Shown: positions 1 through 8,971, counted from the first letter of the stretch. The stretch is 43,900 nt of DNA from an uncultured Bacilli bacterium (GCA_944358735.1 CALVRT010000079.1:1-43900), one strand, 5' to 3'. The notes: generated by a model from the letters alone, not told the origin. Numbers and translations are program-made.

Positions 1-24
1 AGAAAAAAAGAGCTATTTAAGCCC

Positions 25-897
25 TTAATTATTCATTTGTTTTGCTACTTCTTCAGCAAAGTTTTCTTCTCTTTTTTGCATTCCTTCGCCTACTTCAAGG
101 CGGTACATAGCTTTTATTTCGCCACCATTATTTTTAACAAATGTTTTAACATTTATGTCACCATCTTTAACAAATGGTTGTTCTTCAAGACAAATTTCTT
201 TATAGAATTTTTGAATTCTTCCTTGAACCATTTTTTCAGCGATTTCTGCTGGTTTACCTTCGTTAACCGCTTGTTCTTTTAAGATTTCTTTTTCTTTTTC
301 TACTTCAGCTTCTGGTACATCTGCAATTTTTACATATACTGGACGCATAGCAGCTGCATGCATTGCTACATCTTTAGCCACATTTTCATCAGTACCTGTT
401 AAAACTGTTAAAACGGCAATTTTACCACCCATATGGATGTACTCACCAAAAACTTCATTATCTTCTTTAACAACTCTTGAAAATCTTCTTAAGCTTAATT
501 TTTCGCCAATTTTAGCTGTTTTTTGAGTAATTAAATCAGCTACTGTACCTTCAGAAGTTTTTAATTCCATAGCTTCTTCTAAAGTGTTAGCATCACTATC
601 AACGATAACTTCTAAAAGTTCGTTTACTAATGATTTAAATTCATCGTTTTTAGCAACAAAATCAGTTTCAGAATTCACTTCTAAAATTACAGCATTATTA
701 TCTTTAATTAAGATAGCTGCAATTCCTTCAGCCGCAATTCTATCAGCTTTTTTAGCTGCTTTTGAAATACCTTTTTCACGAAGCCAATTGCTTGCTTCTT
801 CGATGTCACCATTAGTAGCTTCAAGAGCTTTTTTACAATCCATCATTCCAGCACCAGTTTTTTCTCTTAACTCTTTAACCAAACTTGCACTTATCAT
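25..897 (-). CDS. tsf: translation elongation factor Ts
   Basis: 290-aa ORF. The N-terminus MISASLVKELREKTGAGMMDCKKAL is the conserved EF-Ts UBA-like start. SD GAGGGAG lies upstream. Located just downstream of rpsB, the usual arrangement. Confidence 0.95.
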   Translation of the reverse strand: MISASLVKELREKTGAGMMDCKKALEATNGDIEEASNWLREKGISKAAKKADRIAAEGIAAILIKDNNAVILEVNSETDFVAKNDEFKSLVNELLEVIVDSDANTLEEAMELKTSEGTVADLITQKTAKIGEKLSLRRFSRVVKEDNEVFGEYIHMGGKIAVLTVLTGTDENVAKDVAMHAAAMRPVYVKIADVPEAEVEKEKEILKEQAVNEGKPAEIAEKMVQGRIQKFYKEICLEEQPFVKDGDINVKTFVKNNGGEIKAMYRLEVGEGMQKREENFAEEVAKQMNN

Positions 898-935
898 AAT
901 ATCTCCCTCTCTTTTATATATTTTTTTATAAATAA

Positions 936-954
936 AAGGTGATTAAATCACCTT
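936..954 (-). terminator. rpsB-tsf intergenic hairpin (possible attenuator)
   Basis: Inverted repeat AAGGTGATT / AATCACCTT overlaps the rpsB stop codon. T-rich sequence follows on the minus strand. Confidence 0.4.
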
Positions 955-2002
955 AATTTAACGCTTCAATAAGTTCTGCTTTTTTCATAGTTGAATAGCC
1001 TTTAACATTTTTTTCTTTAGCTAGTTCTCGAAGTTCAGCAACAGTTTTTGTAGATAAATCTACAGTGGCTTTTTTAGTTTCTTTTTTTGCTTCTTTAACC
1101 TCGGCTTTTTCTTCTTTAGCTTCAGTTTTTACTTCTTTTTGAACTTTTTCTTCTTTTTTAGGCTTTTCTACTTTTTTAGCTTCTTTTTTATCAGATGATT
1201 TACTATTCTTTTTTTCAAAACGTGGTTTTTTATCGTCTTTTTTCTTAACGGTTTCTAAAGCCTTTTTCATAATATCTTCTTTATCGTCTTTACGATTACC
1301 ATTAGTATAGTCAACAATTTGACCGCCATTAGCTTCAACAATAGCATTAGCCATAACACCAACGATTAATTTAACGGCTCTAATTGCATCATCATTACCA
1401 GGAATAACATAATCAACCATATCTGGGTCACAGTTAGTGTCAACAATACCAAATACTGGAATATTAAGTCTACGTGCTTCTCTAATTGCGATTTCTTCTT
1501 TTGAAGGGTCAACAATAAATAAAGCAGCTGGTAATTTATGCATATTTCTAATACCAGAAAGTAAGTTATTTAATTTAGCATATTCTTTTTTAATACCAAT
1601 AACTTCTTTTTTAGGTAATACTTCAAATAAACCGTCTTTTTCCATCTTTTCGATTTCTTCTAAACGTCTAACTCTTCTTCTAATTGTTCTGAAGTTAGTT
1701 AATGTACCACCTAACCATCTAGTATTTACATAGAATGAATCACTTCTTAAGGCTTCTTCTTTAATAGCTTCACTAGCTTGTTTTCTAGTTCCCACGAATA
1801 AAACTTTACCACCATTAGCGGCAATTTCTTTTAAAGCAGCATAAGCTTCTTCGATTTTTTTAGCTGTTTTTTGTAAATCAATAATATAAATATCATCTCT
1901 TGCGGTAAAAATATATTCTCTCATTTTGGGATTCCATCTTTTTGTTTGATGGCCGAAATGAACACCCGCTTCTAGTAAGTAGTTCATAGATACTACTGCC
2001 AT
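953..2002 (-). CDS. rpsB: 30S ribosomal protein S2 with about 100-aa Lys/Glu-rich C-terminal extension
   Basis: The ORF track extends to 2071. I place the start at ATG 2002 ([25 protein letters not shown]), which has AGGAGG 8 nt upstream and matches the conserved S2 N-terminus. Confidence 0.93.
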   Translation of the reverse strand: MAVVSMNYLLEAGVHFGHQTKRWNPKMREYIFTARDDIYIIDLQKTAKKIEEAYAALKEIAANGGKVLFVGTRKQASEAIKEEALRSDSFYVNTRWLGGTLTNFRTIRRRVRRLEEIEKMEKDGLFEVLPKKEVIGIKKEYAKLNNLLSGIRNMHKLPAALFIVDPSKEEIAIREARRLNIPVFGIVDTNCDPDMVDYVIPGNDDAIRAVKLIVGVMANAIVEANGGQIVDYTNGNRKDDKEDIMKKALETVKKKDDKKPRFEKKNSKSSDKKEAKKVEKPKKEEKVQKEVKTEAKEEKAEVKEAKKETKKATVDLSTKTVAELRELAKEKNVKGYSTMKKAELIEALN

Positions 2003-2150
2003 TTTATCTTCCTCCTTTTCGTTATAACCTCTAAATCTTTCAAAATTATGCCACCTATCGGCACTAGGCATAAAAATTCAGATTTATGTAATTTAAAAAA
2101 GCCAATAATATTATATCATAATTATATGAATGTGCAAGTAAAAAATTGTA

Positions 2151-2205
2151 AAAAATTTAAAAAGCACGGCCAACCTGAGAAAAGCGACAAATTAGGTTAG
2201 CCGTG
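2151..2205 (-). terminator. rho-independent terminator downstream of the 997-aa gene
   Basis: 12-bp stem CACGGC(C/T)AACCT (2165..2176 with 2194..2205, one mismatch). On the minus strand it is followed by CTTTTTAAATTTTT. Confidence 0.6.
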
Positions 2206-2312
2206 TGTTTATTATACTTATTAGATAGTATTTATTAATATATAGCATACTTATAGATACTATATACTAGTATATGTATATATAGCATTATATGTTCTAC
2301 TATATATAGGGA

Positions 2313-5306
2313 TTATATTGTTAATCGATATGGATTATTTTGCGAGCCATCACCTCCAGTGATTTTGACTGAAGATGATAATGTCACTACTGGTCTAGGA
2401 CGATAAGATTCATAATCTGCAACATTTAAATGAACATCTCCACTATCTCCCATAATTCTATAAACATATCCTGTATCACCTGACCGTTCTGCAGGTGTTA
2501 GAGTCCAAAAATCATATGCATCGTTAGGTGTAGTCATATAATTACTGTCAAGTTCAGAATAACAACTACTATTAGAATCATAAGCATACAACCCAGTGCA
2601 TAAAGGATTTGTGCTTGCTCTGACATATTCAGTTACATCTATTACACCAACTTTCCCTTTCCATTTTACCGAACTGGCTTGTTCGATATCCGTTTTTAAA
2701 GTTTGGGAGGAATCACTTTTAACCATTCCCACTTTAAAAATTCCTTCTGTTAACATTGACTTTGATTCAGCGCTAATATAAGTATTATAATATGTTGTAT
2801 TTAAATACGTATTTAAATATGCTTCTTCGGTAGGCAATCCATAACTATAACTATCATCCACACTTCTTGGTAAAGAAGTTATCGGCTGCATATTCACATT
2901 ATATAATGTACTTTTACTTCCCCAAATATTACATCCATACTCATTTGACGAACAATATCCTGTTCGTAAATACCTACCGCTTTCTGTATCATAAGGCTCT
3001 AAAAAATATATACTTGATGGGGCCATTATTTTAATGGTGTTCGTTTCAGTGTTTATGCTAATTATTTGCCATAAATTATTACTAAATCTAACATAATTAT
3101 TAGGATTACCACCTCGGTATATATATAAATCTTCTTCATAAGCATCTTTATATAACCCATCACCTATTTCAACAACTGGCAGATTAATGCCACCCATATT
3201 TACGCCAACTTCAATTGAATAACTAGCACTAGCTTCATTAGTTCCATCACTAACTCTGGCTACTAATGTACCACTTTCAGTAAATGAAACTTGTTGATTT
3301 TGCGTCGCTGTTTGCCAGCTTCCACCATCTTTTTGATATTCATATATTAAATCTTCGCCTTCAGGATATGTGATAGTTACAGTTTTACCATTATCGATTT
3401 CTACCTCACTAAAGGTTGGCTTATCTAACAAAGAAGTACTAATTCCATTTCCTAATTGAAATGGATTATCACTTGTACCTTCTCCACTTATAATTTTTAC
3501 ATAACTTTTTAAATACAAAACAGGTCTTACACCATAAGAACTTATAGCTGTGGTTCCAGCTCCAATTGCTCCTGTTGTAGTATTGATTCCCCACACATTT
3601 GTCCTACTTCCACCACGGCCATTTATAAATCTGGGACTATTACTAGAACTATCAAAAAGCCAATTATAATTTTGAGTATTGTTATAACAAGAACTATTAC
3701 TACTATAATCATTAGCTCTTGTACAGTTAGAATTAGTACTGGCTTTTACATAATCCGTAACATTTAAAAGCCCTATTTGACCTAACCATTTATACTTTTC
3801 TTCGCTTAACATATCGGTTTGCATATTGTCACTGCTACTAGCAGTTATTGTTCCAACATTAAAATAATGATTATCTATTTGCTGCTGGGCTAAAGAAGTT
3901 AGACTAGCATAATATTCTTCATTTAAATACTCATTCATACTAGAAACTTTATCTGGTAAAGCATAAGTTGTACTACTTGAATAAGTATCGCTTATTGAAC
4001 TTACTTGATTTTCATTAATATCGTAAGTAGTTATATTACTTCCCCAAGCATTACACCCATTCGAAGGACTATTACAATAATCACTACTACGATTATTAGC
4101 CACATCAAATACATGACTAGATAAAGCAGAACTTCTAATTATTTTCATAGTTCCATCATTTTCTAATGAAATTATTTGCCATAATTCATTATTAAACCTT
4201 ACATAATTATTTGGACTTGCTCCCTTATAAATATATCTTCCTTCTTCTGTAGTATCTTCATATAAACCGTCACCGCTAATAACAACATTATCTGTTAACT
4301 TTATTGAATCATCTAGTTCTGCTTCAGTAGTTAAATCTACTCCATTAGTCACTCTAACACTTATATCATAACCAGTTGACTGTGTTAACCCTGTAAATGT
4401 ATAACTATTACTAGTTCCATTATCTATCCAATCACCGTCATTTATTTTAAATTCATATTTGCTTATTCCACTTTCCAGGTCACTTGCTGTAACTACTACT
4501 GTTATAGAATTTGTTGTACTACTGGTGCTTACATTCTCAATAACTGGAGGAGTGTCATCAGGCTTTTTAAATATCGCATACAATGTTACATCTTCTGTGC
4601 CCATAGTAAGTTCTGTTAAACCTTCTTCTGCCTGACTATTTGTATTCCAGCCCACAAAGTCATAGCCTTCTCTTTCAGCTGTATAACTTAAATCTATACT
4701 TTCACCTTCTGATATATAAGCATTTTCCGCAGTAGTACTTTCTCCACCATTAGTAGTATAGTCATAGGTTACTAAATGGTCGGTAGTTGGTTCGATTGTT
4801 CCCCCGCTATTTTGAGTAAATTCTAAATCTACTGTACTTTCACCACTTGTTCCTGATGCATCTCCTTCATAATTAGAATTATACTCGATTCTTACTTTTA
4901 ATGTAGCTGTTGTTTCTTTATATAAAGTTTGACCTTTAGTAAGTCCTGTACTCGTTATTTTAACCGCTTCATTATTAGAATTAGTTATACCAAGTGTTTC
5001 TAGTTTAGCATCAAATGTCCCTGCATTTTCAACAATTATACTGTATTCTACATAATCGCCTTTTTCATATAAATTGGCCTCTAAATCAGCAGTTAAATCA
5101 GTATAATTATTTTTTACGTTTTCACCAGTTCCTCCGGTATCGGTCACATCAGCACTTATTATTTTAATATTCCAATCACTACTTATTTCACTTGTTCCAG
5201 TTATATTTAAACTAGTTTGAAAAGCGGCATAACCAACGCCCATTAAACAAATTATTCCTACTAATATCAGAATAATAATTTTATTGCGTCTCTTTTCTCT
5301 ATACAT
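2313..5306 (-). CDS. secreted modular surface/adhesin-like protein (997 aa)
   Basis: N-terminus has a basic n-region, a hydrophobic core and GYA/AF (SPase I-like). A beta-sandwich-like segment follows with KGDYVEYSIIVENAG (tentatively TasA/camelysin-like). Next come a Listeria-Bacteroides repeat (YDFVGWNT...VTLYAIF) and an FN3-like module. There are two roughly 280-aa repeats starting GDGLY..D....YIY.G..PNNYVRF...LWQIIS. Each has four Cys and ends G.G....NP(F/Y). SD GGAGGG lies upstream. Confidence 0.85.
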   Translation of the reverse strand: MYREKRRNKIIILILVGIICLMGVGYAAFQTSLNITGTSEISSDWNIKIISADVTDTGGTGENVKNNYTDLTADLEANLYEKGDYVEYSIIVENAGTFDAKLETLGITNSNNEAVKITSTGLTKGQTLYKETTATLKVRIEYNSNYEGDASGTSGESTVDLEFTQNSGGTIEPTTDHLVTYDYTTNGGESTTAENAYISEGESIDLSYTAEREGYDFVGWNTNSQAEEGLTELTMGTEDVTLYAIFKKPDDTPPVIENVSTSSTTNSITVVVTASDLESGISKYEFKINDGDWIDNGTSNSYTFTGLTQSTGYDISVRVTNGVDLTTEAELDDSIKLTDNVVISGDGLYEDTTEEGRYIYKGASPNNYVRFNNELWQIISLENDGTMKIIRSSALSSHVFDVANNRSSDYCNSPSNGCNAWGSNITTYDINENQVSSISDTYSSSTTYALPDKVSSMNEYLNEEYYASLTSLAQQQIDNHYFNVGTITASSSDNMQTDMLSEEKYKWLGQIGLLNVTDYVKASTNSNCTRANDYSSNSSCYNNTQNYNWLFDSSSNSPRFINGRGGSRTNVWGINTTTGAIGAGTTAISSYGVRPVLYLKSYVKIISGEGTSDNPFQLGNGISTSLLDKPTFSEVEIDNGKTVTITYPEGEDLIYEYQKDGGSWQTATQNQQVSFTESGTLVARVSDGTNEASASYSIEVGVNMGGINLPVVEIGDGLYKDAYEEDLYIYRGGNPNNYVRFSNNLWQIISINTETNTIKIMAPSSIYFLEPYDTESGRYLRTGYCSSNEYGCNIWGSKSTLYNVNMQPITSLPRSVDDSYSYGLPTEEAYLNTYLNTTYYNTYISAESKSMLTEGIFKVGMVKSDSSQTLKTDIEQASSVKWKGKVGVIDVTEYVRASTNPLCTGLYAYDSNSSCYSELDSNYMTTPNDAYDFWTLTPAERSGDTGYVYRIMGDSGDVHLNVADYESYRPRPVVTLSSSVKITGGDGSQNNPYRLTI

Positions 5307-5350
5307 ATAGTCCCTCCATAAAATTATTACTCACGTCGTCATCGCATTAT

Positions 5351-5406
5351 AATTATTACTTCAATAAATATTATAACACACTTCAAGTGAATTTGAAGTA
5401 ATAATT
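5351..5406. promoter_or_regulatory. inverted-repeat operator candidate in the divergent intergenic region
   Basis: 14-bp perfect inverted repeat AATTATTACTTCAA (5351..5364) / TTGAAGTAATAATT (5393..5406). A nested palindrome CTTCAAGTGAATTTGAAG (5381..5398) shares the right arm. Confidence 0.4.
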
Positions 5407-5445
5407 ATATAATTTTATTAGAAAAATTATGTGCGAGGTAAAATT

Positions 5446-5796
5446 ATGTCAAATAAAACAGAATCAACTATGAAAAATTTAAAGAAAATTGTTAAAGAAA
5501 AAAATAAAACCCTTACTTCTTTAGCTGTTGAATTAGGCGTTTCCCAAGAAGTTATTAGCCAGTATATTAGTGGAACAATTAAACCGAAAACTAGAACAAT
5601 TATTGAAATGGCAAAAATATTAAATACATCAACCGATTATTTACTTGATTTAACTGATAATCCAAATCCAGCTGATTTTAAGTTAAACACTAGTGAAAAT
5701 GTTTTAATCAATAATTACCGAAAGCTTACCAAAGAAGAACAAATTAAAGTTGATGCTTATATAAGAGCAATTATTGATATAAAAAATAATAAATAA
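5446..5796 (+). CDS. XRE-family helix-turn-helix transcriptional regulator
   Basis: HTH segment LTSLAVELGVSQEVISQYISG. I prefer ATG 5446 (GAGGT 8 nt upstream) over the GTG at 5431 given in the ORF track. Confidence 0.85.
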   Translation: MSNKTESTMKNLKKIVKEKNKTLTSLAVELGVSQEVISQYISGTIKPKTRTIIEMAKILNTSTDYLLDLTDNPNPADFKLNTSENVLINNYRKLTKEEQIKVDAYIRAIIDIKNNK

Positions 5797-5846
5797 AAAA
5801 ACTAATTCTTTGTGTAATAAAAATTACATTTGGGAATTAGTTTTTT
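5795..5846. terminator. bidirectional terminator between XRE gene and yqeY
   Basis: Outer stem AAACTAATTC (5799..5808) / GAATTAGTTT (5834..5843) with an inner TGTAAT/ATTACA stem. A/T runs lie on both sides. Confidence 0.55.
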
Positions 5847-6282
5847 AGTTTAGACGTTCTTTAATAATTGAGCTGGCTTTGCCCATATCATATTTACCTT
5901 TTAATTTTGGAGAAACTTCTTTCATTATTTTTCCCATGTCCCTAGGACTTTCTGGCTTTACAAGTTCAAAAGCCTCATCAATTATTTTACTTGCTTCTTC
6001 ATCAGTTAATTGTTCTGGTAAATAAGCTTTTAAAATTTCAATTTCCGCATTAGTTTTTTGAATTAAATCTTCCCGATTTCCTTTTTCAAATTCCTTAATA
6101 CTATCATTACGTGATTTAATTTCTTTTGTCACAACATTAATTACTTCATCATCCGTAAGTTCATGTTTTTTATTTAATTCTTCCATTTGCATAGACCCTT
6201 TAAGCATTCTAATTACTGATAACTTTTCTTTATCTTGGGCTTTCATTGCTTCTTTTAAATCATTTAATATTCTTTCTCTCAC
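5845..6282 (-). CDS. yqeY: GatB/YqeY domain protein
   Basis: RILNDLKEAMKAQDK is the typical YqeY N-terminus. I prefer GTG 6282 (AAAGGA upstream). The ORF-track start at 6312 lies inside the rpsU terminator-like hairpin. The rpsU-yqeY pairing is conserved in Bacillota. Confidence 0.85.
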   Translation of the reverse strand: MRERILNDLKEAMKAQDKEKLSVIRMLKGSMQMEELNKKHELTDDEVINVVTKEIKSRNDSIKEFEKGNREDLIQKTNAEIEILKAYLPEQLTDEEASKIIDEAFELVKPESPRDMGKIMKEVSPKLKGKYDMGKASSIIKERLN

Positions 6283-6314
6283 ATTATCATATCCTTTCAA
6301 AAAAGGCAGCACCT

Positions 6315-6521
6315 TTATGCTGCTCTATCGTATCGTCTTGACATTCTTTCTCGCCGGCGGGTATTTTTTATACCTTGTTCTTTTTTCTGTTTTCTCCGAA
6401 CGCCCGGTTTTGTATAATATTCTTTCTCACGAAGTTTTGCGCGGGAGCCATCTTTATCGTTTTTTAAACTTCTAAGTGCCATATCAATGTTACCATTGCG
6501 TACTACTACTTTAGTGCCCAT
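6315..6521 (-). CDS. rpsU: 30S ribosomal protein S21
   Basis: MGTKVVVRNGNIDMALRSLK plus a basic C-terminus. GGGAGG lies 7 nt upstream of ATG 6521. The ORF-track start at 6545 has no SD. Confidence 0.9.
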   Translation of the reverse strand: MGTKVVVRNGNIDMALRSLKNDKDGSRAKLREKEYYTKPGVRRKQKKEQGIKNTRRRERMSRRYDRAA

Positions 6522-6596
6522 AAACATACCTCCCTTCTTGTACAATTAATTATAACACTTTTTCCTTTATTTTTCAAACTTTTTTGTAATAAATAT

Positions 6597-6619
6597 GAAA
6601 AAAGCGAGAATTTCTCGCT
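6597..6619 (-). terminator. rho-independent terminator after the second leader-peptide gene
   Basis: 7-bp stem AGCGAGA/TCTCGCT (6603..6609 with 6613..6619), 3-nt loop, then a T-run on the minus strand. Confidence 0.65.
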
Positions 6620-6781
6620 TTATAAAGTACAGGTGGTTTTCGTAATTGCCCGTCTAATAGCTGAACCAACAGCTTGTCCAAGTTCAAATAAAACACTAAT
6701 ACCACGGGCTATCGCATTAATAAGTGAAGCTGTAACCGCCCCACCACTTATCATTTTAAGTTCATTATCCGTTAACTTCAT
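6620..6781 (-). CDS. double-glycine-leader peptide 2 (53 aa, bacteriocin-like)
   Basis: My translation: MKLTDNELKMISGG/AVTASLINAIARGISVLFELGQAVGSAIRRAITKTTCTL. Its ATG overlaps the peptide 1 stop (ATGA). It is absent from the ORF track because it is under 60 aa. Confidence 0.75.
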   Translation of the reverse strand: MKLTDNELKMISGGAVTASLINAIARGISVLFELGQAVGSAIRRAITKTTCTL

Positions 6782-6918
6782 TCGTTACACTTAAGCGGCC
6801 GTAAAAAGCCGTCAACAACTCCAATGATAAAAGTTGCGATACCACCTATAATGGCGCCAAGACTAAATCCACTAGCACTGCCACCAATAACAGTTAATAA
6901 TTCATTATCTGTTAACAT
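6778..6918 (-). CDS. double-glycine-leader peptide 1 (46 aa, bacteriocin-like)
   Basis: My translation: MLTDNELLTVIGG/SASGFSLGAIIGGIATFIIGVVDGFLRPLKCNE. AAGGAGGA lies 5 nt upstream. The ATG is 1 nt after the ABC exporter stop codon. Confidence 0.8.
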   Translation of the reverse strand: MLTDNELLTVIGGSASGFSLGAIIGGIATFIIGVVDGFLRPLKCNE

Positions 6919-6919
6919 T

Positions 6920-8971
6920 TTATTCCTCCTTTATAACATTAGTCTTAATTTGGCCGTTAGCTATTTCGATAAACCGGTCAAAAAGGTCTAAATTATCTAT
7001 CCGGTGAGAAACAACAATAATTGTTTTATCCTGATAAGCTTTTAAAAGATTTTTAACTATTCGACGCTCCATACTAACATCAACCTCACTAAAAACTTCA
7101 TCAATTAAAATGATTTCAAAGCCATGTAAAGCTCTAGCTAAAGCAATTCGTGCACGCTGCCCACCAGATAAATTAAAACCATTTTCTTCAATCAGGGCAT
7201 AATAACCCAAACTATTGTTACCAGCAATCTCGTTAACTAAAGTCAAATTAGCTGAATATTGATAATTATTATCACATAAAGTTAAATTTTCTAATAAAGT
7301 TCCGGTAAACAAAACCTCATTTTGTCCAACATAAACAATACTACTATCAATAGTTTGTTTATCATAATCATTAATATCGATACCATCAATTTTAACTTTA
7401 TCCTTTTCTACTTCATAAAATTTTTTAATTATTTTTAAAAGTGTACTTTTGCCACTACCGCTAGGACCGTAAATCATTATTTTTTCACCCTTATTAATCG
7501 TTAAACATATATCTCTTAATATTAAATGAACATCATCTATACTAAAGTTTAAATGATTAATTACAATATTTCCTTTTATTTTTTTGGTGATAAAATTAAT
7601 AGGCTTTTGATAATAGGTTAAATCTAAAATTCTTATTATCGCTTCTCTCGCCTCTTTTAAATCTAAATCCAAATCAATTAGCCTTCTAAAAGAACTAGAA
7701 AAAGCAAAAAATAAGATAATATAAGTCAAAAATTTTCCAATTGTTAGCACCTGATTACTAATTAAATTAATACCAACAACAAATAGTAAAAACTGACTAA
7801 AAACATTAATTAATTCTTTAAATAAGTAAAGTTTATTATAATAAATATCTAATTTATAAGTAGAAGTAACTTTCTTTTGATACTTATTACAAAAAGAAGT
7901 TATGATTTTATTTTCAATACCTAGCCCCTTTATTGTCTCAAATCCTCTAATCGCTTCCGTCATATATGAATTTATTTCTGCTTTCTGAAAATTTTCAAAA
8001 AAAACTAAATCATTTATCCGTTTTCGGATTAATAAAAAGAATAAAGTATATAATACTAAAGAAGTACTTGTAACAACAAATAAAATAGGATTTAAGAAAA
8101 ACAAAACAAAGGATAATAAAATCAATAATGGAGCGTCAATTAAAAAAATTACTAAACATTTACTAATCATGTTTTTAACAAAGCCTAAATCATTAATTCG
8201 ACTAATTACTTCACCAGCGGTCTTACCTTGATAATAATTATATGGAAGGTTTATTATGTCAGCAAATATCTTTAAAGTTAGTTCTTCATCAATTTTTTTA
8301 TTTAATTTTATCAGTATATATCCTTGCCATAACTCAATTAATATTTTACTAATCATTAAAAACAAAAATAGAGAAAAAAGTTTAGATAGGTTTTGATGAT
8401 TTATGTTATCTAATACCAGTTGTAAGAAAAAAGCAGTCAGAATAGAAAGAACAGTAACAAATAATGATAGAACAAAAATCAAAATTAGATATTTTTTATT
8501 AGAGATAACCATACTTTTAAAAAAATTATAAATACTTACATGTTTAAATCTTGGTGGTGGTTTTATCGGCCGCATTACGATAATCACACCACTATAGATG
8601 TTTGAAAATTCTGACAACTTCATTTTCATGATTTTTTTAGCTGGGTCAGCGATTAACAAATAATCATTATAAACTTCATAAACAACAATAAAATGCTTAT
8701 ATGATTTATTTATTAGCACATTAGCGATAAAAGGTGTAGAGTATTTTGATAAATCTTCTATTTCTACTTTATAACCATTAGCTTCAAAGTTGAGCTGGTT
8801 TAGGACTTTAACTAAATGATAAGCAGTAGTTCCATTTCGTGTTGTTTTAAGCATATCATTTAAGTGGTTTAAACCGATGTGGCCCCCATAATATTTAATA
8901 ATCATCGATAAAGAAGCTGCGGCACAGTCTTGAAGACCGGACTGCCTAACAAAAGGATATTTTTTTGTCAT
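6920..8971 (-). CDS. peptide-cleaving/exporting ABC transporter with N-terminal C39 peptidase domain
   Basis: C39 motifs QDCAAASLSMIIKYYGG, HFIVVYEV and IADP. Six-TM core. Walker A GPSGSGKST, signature LSGGQRARIALARAL, Walker B ILIDEV, H-loop VVSHR. Confidence 0.9.
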   Translation of the reverse strand: MTKKYPFVRQSGLQDCAAASLSMIIKYYGGHIGLNHLNDMLKTTRNGTTAYHLVKVLNQLNFEANGYKVEIEDLSKYSTPFIANVLINKSYKHFIVVYEVYNDYLLIADPAKKIMKMKLSEFSNIYSGVIIVMRPIKPPPRFKHVSIYNFFKSMVISNKKYLILIFVLSLFVTVLSILTAFFLQLVLDNINHQNLSKLFSLFLFLMISKILIELWQGYILIKLNKKIDEELTLKIFADIINLPYNYYQGKTAGEVISRINDLGFVKNMISKCLVIFLIDAPLLILLSFVLFFLNPILFVVTSTSLVLYTLFFLLIRKRINDLVFFENFQKAEINSYMTEAIRGFETIKGLGIENKIITSFCNKYQKKVTSTYKLDIYYNKLYLFKELINVFSQFLLFVVGINLISNQVLTIGKFLTYIILFFAFSSSFRRLIDLDLDLKEAREAIIRILDLTYYQKPINFITKKIKGNIVINHLNFSIDDVHLILRDICLTINKGEKIMIYGPSGSGKSTLLKIIKKFYEVEKDKVKIDGIDINDYDKQTIDSSIVYVGQNEVLFTGTLLENLTLCDNNYQYSANLTLVNEIAGNNSLGYYALIEENGFNLSGGQRARIALARALHGFEIILIDEVFSEVDVSMERRIVKNLLKAYQDKTIIVVSHRIDNLDLFDRFIEIANGQIKTNVIKEE

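Noticed and set aside
37-1733. ORF-track entries 37..282(+), 584..931(+) and 1437..1733(+).
   Set aside because: They lie antisense inside tsf and rpsB. They are low-complexity Phe/Ser/Ile-rich translations typical of the reverse strand of AT-rich genes, with no SD.
2221-2312. Repetitive AT-rich stretch with recurring TATATAGCAT/ACTATATA motifs. I considered a CRISPR or tandem repeat array.
   Set aside because: There is no regular repeat-spacer periodicity and no repeat longer than about 10 nt. It looks like AT-rich 3' flanking DNA downstream of the 997-aa gene stop.
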